From Acidimicrobiaceae bacterium (lineage in GTDB: Bacteria; Actinomycetota; Acidimicrobiia; Acidimicrobiales; Bog-793), in assembly GCA_003139355.1 (NCBI GenBank), contig PLIM01000174.1, forward strand, positions 1 through 60,915: 60,915 nt of DNA, given 5' to 3'. The translations under genes and the position numbers were made by a program. Below the pieces are notes generated by a model that saw only the letters and a program-made list of their open reading frames with translations, ran no database searches and was not told the origin of the DNA. Shown here piece after piece: positions 17,580 to 24,948 of this stretch (its first letter is position 1; the number at the start of each line of letters is the position of its first letter).

Positions 17580-18707
17580 ATGCGGTTCGTCGATGAGTAT
17601 CGAGACCCGGCGGCGGCCCGCGCGCTAGTGGCCCACATCACCGCGCTGGTAGGAGATGGGCACTACAAATTCATGGAGGTCTGCGGGGGCCACACCCACA
17701 CGATCTACCGTCACGGCATCGAGCATCTTCTCCCGACGTCGGTCGAGTTGGTGCATGGCCCTGGTTGTCCGGTATGCGTCATCCCGATGGGTCGCATCGA
17801 CGACGCCATCGCGGTGGCCCAGGCGTCCGGCGTCATTTTCACCTCGTTCGGCGACATGATGCGCGTTCCGGGCTCGAACGGGAGTCTGCTGGGCGCCCAA
17901 GCGCAGGGCGCGGACATCCGGGTCGTCTACTCGCCCCTCGATGCGTTGCGGGTCGCAGTCGACAACCCGGAGCGGCACATCGTGTTCTTTGCCGTCGGAT
18001 TCGAGACGACGGCGCCCTCGACGGCGGCAACCGTGCTGAGGGCGAGGCAGGACGGGGTCATGAACTTCAGCGTCTTCTCGAACCACGTGACGATCGTGCC
18101 CCCTATCAAGGCCATCCTCGAGTCCCCTGACCTCCGCCTCGACGGGTTCATCGGACCGGGCCACGTCTCGACGGTGATCGGCCAGCGCCCATACCGTTTT
18201 GTCCCTGAGGAGTACGGCAAGCCATTCGTGACGGCCGGCTTCGAGCCACTCGACATCCTCCAGGCGATCGCGATGCTGCTGACCCAGATCAGCGAGGGCC
18301 GGTGCTGTGTCGAGAACCAGTACACGCGTTGTGTGAGCGAGGCCGGCAATCCGCGGGCCCTCGCCTTCTTGAAGGAGGTCTTCGAGCTCCGGCCGCACTT
18401 CGAATGGCGTGGCCTGGGCTTCATCCCCGAGAGCGCCCTCAAGCTCAGGGCGGAGTTCGCCCAGTGGGATGCCGAGCTTCGTTTCGAAGTGCCGGGCGTG
18501 CGTGTCGCGGATCCGAAGGCCTGCCAGTGCGGCGAGGTGCTGAAGGGTGCCATCAAGCCGTGGGAGTGCAAGGTCTTCGGCACGGCCTGTACTCCGGAGA
18601 CTCCGATCGGCACCTGCATGGTCTCCTCGGAAGGAGCCTGTGCCGCCTATTACAACTTCGGACGCCTGCACCGAGAAGTGGCCGTCAACATGGGCGGCCC
18701 CCGTTAG
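17580..18707 (+). CDS. hypD: Hydrogenase maturation protein HypD
   Basis: MRFVDEYRD..., CGGHTHTI, GPGCPVCV, FAVGFETTAP and a C-terminal Cys cluster. Confidence 0.95.
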   Translation: MRFVDEYRDPAAARALVAHITALVGDGHYKFMEVCGGHTHTIYRHGIEHLLPTSVELVHGPGCPVCVIPMGRIDDAIAVAQASGVIFTSFGDMMRVPGSNGSLLGAQAQGADIRVVYSPLDALRVAVDNPERHIVFFAVGFETTAPSTAATVLRARQDGVMNFSVFSNHVTIVPPIKAILESPDLRLDGFIGPGHVSTVIGQRPYRFVPEEYGKPFVTAGFEPLDILQAIAMLLTQISEGRCCVENQYTRCVSEAGNPRALAFLKEVFELRPHFEWRGLGFIPESALKLRAEFAQWDAELRFEVPGVRVADPKACQCGEVLKGAIKPWECKVFGTACTPETPIGTCMVSSEGACAAYYNFGRLHREVAVNMGGPR

Positions 18708-18725
18708 CCCTCCGATTTGGACCTG

Positions 18726-21041
18726 TCAGTCCGGAGGTGTGCCGAGCGCGGCGATGGCCGCCTGACCCACACTGATCCCGCCGTCATTTGGTGGCACCGA
18801 CTCGTGCACGAGAACGGTGAGTCCCTCGGCGGTGAGAGCGTCCTCGACGATGTCGCTGAAGCGCACGTTCTGGAACACCCCCCCACTGAGTGCGACGGTG
18901 TCGAGGTCGTGCCTGCGTGCCAGACGCGCGCCGAGAGCGGCGGTAGCGCGCCCGAGACCCTCGTGGAACCCGGCTGCGATCACCGAGCGGTCGGTCCCTC
19001 GTTCGACCTCGTCTAGCACCGTGGCGATGAGAGGTGACGGATCGAGCACGTCGAGGTCGTCGGGGCTCGCCGCTGTCACGATGTCAACTGGGTACCTCGG
19101 AGCCGATGACCGGGGCACCGAGCGCGCGAGCATCTCGAGCTCGATCGCGGCCTGGCCCTCGTAGGTGACCTGTGATCGCAGTCCGACCAGGGCAGCAACG
19201 GCATCGAACAGACGGCCGACGCTGGTGGTGAGGATCGACCGACGCTTCTCGGCGTCCGCACCAGCCAGAGCAAGGACCTGACTCCACCGAGGATCGAGCG
19301 CGGCGCCGAGCCGGGCGGCGGCGTCGGGACCTGCGGCGAGCGCGGTCCAGGCGAGTGCCATCCGCCATGGCTCGCGGATGGCCGTTGTCCCGCCCGGCAA
19401 TGGAACGGGCTGCAGATGCGCCGCTCGTTCGAAACCGTTGAAGTCCGCGACGAGGAACTCCCCGCCCCACATCGTCCCGTCGGTGCCGTAGCCGAGACCG
19501 TCGAAGGCGATACCGAGCACAGTGCCGTTGTGCCCATGTTCGGCCAGGCATGAGGCGATGTGAGCGTGGTGATGCTGCACGGGCCACGGCTCGAGGTCGA
19601 GCTCTAGCGCGTACTTGGTGGACAGGTACTCCGGGTGCAGATCATGGGCGACGACCTCCGGTACGATCCCGAACAGTCGGCACAGGTGGGTCGTCGCTTG
19701 CAGGAAAGCCTGATAGGTGGCGAGGTGCTCGAGGTCGCCGATGTGGTGGCTGCACACGATGAAGGACTGTTTGGCCACCGAGACTGTGTTCTTGAGCTCG
19801 GCGCCCACGGCGAGCACTTGGCGGGCCGCCTCACGCGCAAGCGGCATTGCCTCCGGCGCGTAACCGCGGGACCGCCGGACCATCTGCAGGCGACGCCCTG
19901 ACGCTCGCACGACCGAATCGTCGCAACGGACATGAATCCGGCGGTCGTGTGTCAACACGCCGTCGACCATGGGCCCGAGACGGGCGAACGCGTCCTCGTC
20001 GGTGTGAGCGATCGGGTCGTCGGACTGGTTGCCGCTGCTCATCACGAGCGGTCGCGCCACTTTGGCCATGAGTAAGTGGTGCAAGGGCGTATAAGGGAGC
20101 ATCAGGCCCAGGTCGGGCATCGCCGGTGCCACTCCGTCGGCGACCGCGGCGTCCGGTCGGCGGCGGGCGAGCACGATAGGCCGTGCGACGCAGCCGAGCG
20201 CGGACTCGGCGTGCGGATCGAGCACGCACAACGACCTTGCCATTTCCAGGTCGGCCACCATGAGGGCGAATGGCTTGTCGTCGCGTGCCTTGCGTCGCCG
20301 AAGCTCAGCCACGGCGTCGTGATTGGTCGCATCCGAGGCCAAGTGATAGCCGCCTATGCCCTTTACGGCGACGATCCGGCCCGCGCAAAGCGCTTCGGCC
20401 ACGGCGTCCAGCGCGGCACCGGCTTCGGCCAGGAGTCGGCCCTCTGGGTTGCAGAAGGCTATCCGCGGGCCACAGGAGGCACAAGCGTTCGGCTGTGCGT
20501 GGAAGCGCCGATCCGCCGGGTTGTCGTACTCTGCCTGGCACTCGGCGCACATCCTGAAACCGGCCATGGTCGTGGCAAGCCGGTCGTAGGGGACCGAGAG
20601 CACGATCGTGTAGCGCGGCCCACAGTTCGTGCAGTTGGTGAAGGGATAGCCGTGCCGGCGGTCGTCCGGGTCGTCCACTTCGGATAGGCAGTCGTCACAA
20701 GTCGCGCTGTCGACGCTGACGGCCACGTTCGGGACCCGGTCGGTGGTGCTGTCGACGATGCGGAAGCTGTCGTAGGTGCCGACGCGGGGCACCGTGGTCC
20801 AGTCGACCGAGGTGACCCGGGCGAGCGGCGGGGGAGCCTCGCTGAGGAGCCGACAAAGCTCTGCCACCTCGGCCTTTTCACCCTCGACCTCGATGAGCAC
20901 CCCGGAGGAGTCGTTCTGCACGAAGCCGACGAGCCCGAGAGCTGCGGCTTGGCGGAACACGAAAGGGCGAAAGCCCACACCTTGCACCGTCCCGGTGACT
21001 CTCACGCGCCGGCGCTCGGTGAGCTGACGCAACTCGCTCAC
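18726..21041 (-). CDS. hypF: Carbamoyltransferase HypF
   Basis: Acylphosphatase domain (VTGTVQGVGFRPFV) and two Zn-finger pairs (CDDC...CTNCGPRYTI; CAEC...CASCGPR). YrdC-like and Kae1-like domains follow. 771 aa. Confidence 0.95.
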   Translation of the reverse strand: MSELRQLTERRRVRVTGTVQGVGFRPFVFRQAAALGLVGFVQNDSSGVLIEVEGEKAEVAELCRLLSEAPPPLARVTSVDWTTVPRVGTYDSFRIVDSTTDRVPNVAVSVDSATCDDCLSEVDDPDDRRHGYPFTNCTNCGPRYTIVLSVPYDRLATTMAGFRMCAECQAEYDNPADRRFHAQPNACASCGPRIAFCNPEGRLLAEAGAALDAVAEALCAGRIVAVKGIGGYHLASDATNHDAVAELRRRKARDDKPFALMVADLEMARSLCVLDPHAESALGCVARPIVLARRRPDAAVADGVAPAMPDLGLMLPYTPLHHLLMAKVARPLVMSSGNQSDDPIAHTDEDAFARLGPMVDGVLTHDRRIHVRCDDSVVRASGRRLQMVRRSRGYAPEAMPLAREAARQVLAVGAELKNTVSVAKQSFIVCSHHIGDLEHLATYQAFLQATTHLCRLFGIVPEVVAHDLHPEYLSTKYALELDLEPWPVQHHHAHIASCLAEHGHNGTVLGIAFDGLGYGTDGTMWGGEFLVADFNGFERAAHLQPVPLPGGTTAIREPWRMALAWTALAAGPDAAARLGAALDPRWSQVLALAGADAEKRRSILTTSVGRLFDAVAALVGLRSQVTYEGQAAIELEMLARSVPRSSAPRYPVDIVTAASPDDLDVLDPSPLIATVLDEVERGTDRSVIAAGFHEGLGRATAALGARLARRHDLDTVALSGGVFQNVRFSDIVEDALTAEGLTVLVHESVPPNDGGISVGQAAIAALGTPPD

Positions 21042-21047
21042 CGAGCG

Positions 21048-22154
21048 CTAGCAGATCCGCGGCAGCGGATCGCCGACCAGCATGTCGACAATCCGTGTTC
21101 CCCCGAACGATGTGCGCAGCACGACGATACCCTGAGGCTCGGAACGAATGTCGCCGATGAGCGCCGCGTCGACCCCGAGCCGATGGCTGCGCAACGCTTC
21201 GAGGGCGGCATCGGCCTCCTTCGCGGCAACCACTGCCAGGAGCTTGCCTTCGTTGGCGACATACAGAGGATCGATTCCGAGCAGGTCACAAGCCCCTGCG
21301 ACCGCGGGATCGACAGGCAGGGCAGACTCGTCCAATACTACGGCCAGGCTTGTGTCGTGGGCGAGCTCGTTGCAGACGGTCCCGACACCGCCGCGGGTCG
21401 GGTCTCGCAGCCAGCGAGTCGACGGGGCGGCCGATAACAACGCCTCGACGAGCTCGGTCACAGGGGCCGTGTCGGACCTGATGTCCGCCTCGAGAGCCAG
21501 GTCGCCTCTCGCCAACATCACCGCCATCCCGTGATCGGCAATGGTGCCAGAGATGAGGATGCGATCGCCGCGCTCGACGCGATCGGCTCCCAGCCGGCGG
21601 CCGGGAGGGATGACGCCGATCCCGGCCGTTGTCACGTACAGCCCGTCGGCTGCTCCCCGGCCGACGACCTTCGTGTCACCGGTGACGATCGTCACACCGG
21701 ACACGGCGGCAGCCTCGGACATGTCGGCGACCACCTTGCGGAGCTCGCCGATGGCGAAACCCTCCTCGATGACGAACGCAGCCGAGAGCCAGTGAGGCTG
21801 GGCACCCATCACGGCGAGATCGTTGACCGTCCCGTGAACGGCGAGGTGACCGATCGATCCGCCAGGGAAACGAAGCGGTTTCACCACGAACGAATCGGTG
21901 GTGAACGCCAGCGTCTCACCGTGAGGCAGAGCGATGAGTGCCGCGTCGGTGAGCGGCGGTCTCTCGAGACCGGCGAAAGCGTCCAAGAACACGGCGTCGA
22001 TCAACGCAGCCGTCGCTTTGCCTCCGGCGCCATGCGCCAAGGTGACGAAGTCGTCCCGGAACCGGGGCCGGTGTCGCCGGAAGGCCTCGATTCGCTCGAG
22101 CACCGCGGCTTCGCGTCCGCTCGGGTCTTCGCCCAATGGCTTGTGCTCGGTCAA
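21048..22154 (-). CDS. hypE: Hydrogenase maturation protein HypE
   Basis: AIR-synthase-like fold, VTLAHGAGGKAT, and the diagnostic C-terminal PRIC. Confidence 0.95.
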   Translation of the reverse strand: MTEHKPLGEDPSGREAAVLERIEAFRRHRPRFRDDFVTLAHGAGGKATAALIDAVFLDAFAGLERPPLTDAALIALPHGETLAFTTDSFVVKPLRFPGGSIGHLAVHGTVNDLAVMGAQPHWLSAAFVIEEGFAIGELRKVVADMSEAAAVSGVTIVTGDTKVVGRGAADGLYVTTAGIGVIPPGRRLGADRVERGDRILISGTIADHGMAVMLARGDLALEADIRSDTAPVTELVEALLSAAPSTRWLRDPTRGGVGTVCNELAHDTSLAVVLDESALPVDPAVAGACDLLGIDPLYVANEGKLLAVVAAKEADAALEALRSHRLGVDAALIGDIRSEPQGIVVLRTSFGGTRIVDMLVGDPLPRIC

Positions 22155-22888
22155 GGTGCCTCCTCGGGTTCCCAGCGTTCCGGTGCGACAAGGCTCACTG
22201 CGGCGCCGGCGTGTATCAGCACGAGGTCGCCCGCACGGGCGTCGTCGACCAAGCTCGTGTCCACGGTTTCGACCCCGGCGGGCGTGCGGACCTCTGCCTG
22301 TCCGTCAGAGCGCAGCGCGACCACCTCGCCAAGGCGTCCCTCGTCCGAGCACGTGATGCATACCTCATCGTCGCATCCGGCCTGCTCGGTCCCGAGAAGC
22401 TCGGGATGTTCGAGCTGGTCGTGGGTCATCTTCCAGAGCAGGCGGTAAAGAGGCACGAGCCGGCGGGCGTAGGAGGAGATCGTCTCGTCGTTGTCCATCC
22501 AGAGGACGTAGTCGGCCGCTCCCGGCAAAGGCCTTGGGCCGGCGCCGATCCACACCGTGAGTACCCCCCACGCTGCGGTCCGTTGCCTGAGGCCTGCAGC
22601 TGACGGTTCATCGGATCTTGCGACGAGAAGCAGCACGTCGCCCGCACGAGCGTGCGTTCTCAAGCCTTCCAGCAACTGGCCACCAGGGACCGTGACCGCG
22701 GGGAGGGCGCGTCCTCCCGCGATCATGGGTTGAGCGAGCTCGACAGCCACCTGCTGGGCGTGCCACGGCCATGAAGGCGTTGCGCACCAAAGGGTGGCAC
22801 CAGAAGCGAACCGGCGCGCCATCGCGAGCGAGGCTGCAGCGAGGTCCGCGGCATCGGGCCCCGAGAGGCCCTGGCTGAGGGCGTTCAT
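22151..22888 (-). CDS. Fusion protein: degenerate SIS (GmhA/DiaA-like) N-domain plus HypC/HupF-like C-domain
   Basis: The C-terminus VCITCSDEGRLGEVVALRSDGQAEVRTPAGVETVDTSLVDDARAGDLVLIHAGAAV aligns with the local HypC (C..GEVV.L...V...GV...L.D...GD.VLIHVG). The N-terminus GATLWC...QQVAVELAQP...ALPAVTV...GDVLLLVARSDEPS...GVLTVWIGAG follows the SIS fold pattern. There is a 4-bp overlap with hypE. Confidence 0.65.
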   Translation of the reverse strand: MNALSQGLSGPDAADLAAASLAMARRFASGATLWCATPSWPWHAQQVAVELAQPMIAGGRALPAVTVPGGQLLEGLRTHARAGDVLLLVARSDEPSAAGLRQRTAAWGVLTVWIGAGPRPLPGAADYVLWMDNDETISSYARRLVPLYRLLWKMTHDQLEHPELLGTEQAGCDDEVCITCSDEGRLGEVVALRSDGQAEVRTPAGVETVDTSLVDDARAGDLVLIHAGAAVSLVAPERWEPEEAP

Positions 22889-23115
22889 AGTCGCCGCTTC
22901 AGTCTAGGCCCAGGTGTTTCGCGGCGACTCCTGGCGCTGCTCACCCTCAAGACGGTTGACCGGTTTCAGGCAGCTTGGTCTCGGCTCGCCGGAAATCAGC
23001 GAGCCTTGTGCTCGGTGCCCGATCCGAGATGCACGAAGGTCCATTCAGAGCGAACCCATTGTCGGTCATGACCAGAGGTATCGCGCGCGCGCCTCGTGCC
23101 GCTAGGGTGCCGCCG

Positions 23116-24045
23116 ATGGCTACCAGCATCGGACCGGAGAGCACAGGTTCCTCCGGTTCCGGGCTGCTCTGCTCATCGTGGGCTCGCGAGCAGCACCTCG
23201 ATCCCATCGGCACGGCCGGCTGCTACCGCGGCTACATGCTCCTCGAATGGCCGCTTCCCTGGCCGCGGGACTTGAGTGACGACCCGGCGCTCGCACCAGT
23301 TGTGGCGTCGGTCCGGAGCGCCGGGATGCGCCTTCAGGGGTTGGTACCTGCCCTGGCGGGCGGTCCGAGTCACGTCATCGCCTACCGGTGGCCCGCCGGC
23401 GCCGGCGCACGGTTCGAGCGGACCGAGCTCGTCGTCGATCCTGCCGAGGTCGTCTCCGCAGCTCTGGCGATCCTCGAGGAGCCGCCAAGTGCCGACGAGA
23501 CCACCGACGTTCTCGTTTGCACCCACGGGAGGCGGGACCGATGCTGCGGGTCGCTCGGGACAGCGCTGGCCCACGAGCTCTTGGCGGATCCTTGCCTGCT
23601 CGGGGAGGACGTGAGGGTGTGGAGGACGAGCCACACGGGGGGGCATCGTTTTGCGGCGACGGCAGTTGTGCTGCCGAACGGCACCGCATGGGCGTTCTGC
23701 GACAAGGCCGCGCTGGCCAGGATTGTGCGCAAGAACGGGCCGATGGACGATCTCCTGCCGCGCTACCGGGGCTGTGGAGGAATGGGATCGTCGGCGATCC
23801 AAGCGCTCGAGCGTGCCGTGCTCGGCGAGGTCGGGTGGCCGCTCTTCGACATGGTGAGGCGCGGCGCGGAACTTGGGGGCCACCGGACCGAGCTTGTCGT
23901 CGAGGACCCGAGCGGGGGACGATCGGTCTGGGAAGCAGTCGTGCGGATCGAGCGGGAAGTGCCCGTTCCAGGCTGCGGCGTGCCGACAGAACTTGCAACG
24001 AAGACCGAACCGCAGCTCGTGGTTCAGGGCCTGCGACGCCGCTAG
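23116..24045 (+). CDS. Sucrase/ferredoxin-like (thioredoxin-fold [2Fe-2S]) family protein
   Basis: VLVCTHGRRDRCCGSLG and SHTGGHRFA motifs. The ORF opens at 22975, but ATG 23116 (MATSIG) is preferred. Confidence 0.75.
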   Translation: MATSIGPESTGSSGSGLLCSSWAREQHLDPIGTAGCYRGYMLLEWPLPWPRDLSDDPALAPVVASVRSAGMRLQGLVPALAGGPSHVIAYRWPAGAGARFERTELVVDPAEVVSAALAILEEPPSADETTDVLVCTHGRRDRCCGSLGTALAHELLADPCLLGEDVRVWRTSHTGGHRFAATAVVLPNGTAWAFCDKAALARIVRKNGPMDDLLPRYRGCGGMGSSAIQALERAVLGEVGWPLFDMVRRGAELGGHRTELVVEDPSGGRSVWEAVVRIEREVPVPGCGVPTELATKTEPQLVVQGLRRR

Positions 24046-24152
24046 TTGCGCTGTGGCGGAGGGGAGCCTTCGGCCTCTCGGGAGGATGGCTTGCACTTGC
24101 CGATACCGCCGGCGGAGCCTGCGGCCGTGCTGCTCGCTGGTAGCGTCGCGAC

Positions 24153-24899
24153 ATGCGTCGGCGCTTGTTGTTCGTCACATTGACTGCCGTGATCACGTTC
24201 ACGGCCGGCTGCGGTAGCTCCTCGCCCGGGCCCAACGGCGTCCAGTCGAAGTCAGGCGACCAGATCGTGGCGGCGGCGGTCGCGGCGACCAAGCAACAGA
24301 GCTCGTTTCATTTCGTGGAGACGGCGAACCAGGGGAGCAGCCGGGTGAGCGTCATCGGCGACGTGGGCAGAACAAGCGGCGACGAGCACGTCACGGCTCT
24401 CGACGGAACCCATGTCGGGCATCTCACCCTCCTGCTCGCCGGCGGGACGGCCTACGTCCAAGGCGACGTCGCCGGTCTGGAGAGCTTCACGGGGTTGAGC
24501 GCGAAGCTGTCGGCCAAGTTCACCGGGAAATGGATCTCAGTTCCTTCCACGAACCAGGGCTTCGCCAACATTGCCGGCTCCTTGGCGGTCAAGACGGCTG
24601 CCGCCCAGTTCGTGAAGCTGCCCGGCAAGCTCACGCGGGGCAAGACCTCGACCGAACTGGGACATCCAGCAGTGGTTGTCAAGGCGGCACAAAGCTCGAA
24701 ATCCGAGACTCTGAGGCTCACGATGTACGTGGCGACGACAGGAGCTGTGCTCCCAATCATGGTCGAGGGGACGACGCGAGCCAGCGGCACCCCAGCCCGG
24801 TCGATCGTTGCCAAGTTCAGCGATTGGGGTGAGGCCCTGCACGTGACTGCCCCGAGCGTTGCGGTTCCCATCGCCGAAGTGCAAGCAGCCGCGGGCTGA
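24153..24899 (+). CDS. Lipoprotein (LolA/LppX-like by pattern), function unknown
   Basis: The signal plus lipobox is MRRRLLFVTLTAVITFTAGC, followed by GSSS. Confidence 0.7.
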   Translation: MRRRLLFVTLTAVITFTAGCGSSSPGPNGVQSKSGDQIVAAAVAATKQQSSFHFVETANQGSSRVSVIGDVGRTSGDEHVTALDGTHVGHLTLLLAGGTAYVQGDVAGLESFTGLSAKLSAKFTGKWISVPSTNQGFANIAGSLAVKTAAAQFVKLPGKLTRGKTSTELGHPAVVVKAAQSSKSETLRLTMYVATTGAVLPIMVEGTTRASGTPARSIVAKFSDWGEALHVTAPSVAVPIAEVQAAAG

Positions 24900-24948
24900 A
24901 CGTCCTCACGAGTGCCCGTTAGGTTCGGGAGGCGCGTTGAACGCACAC

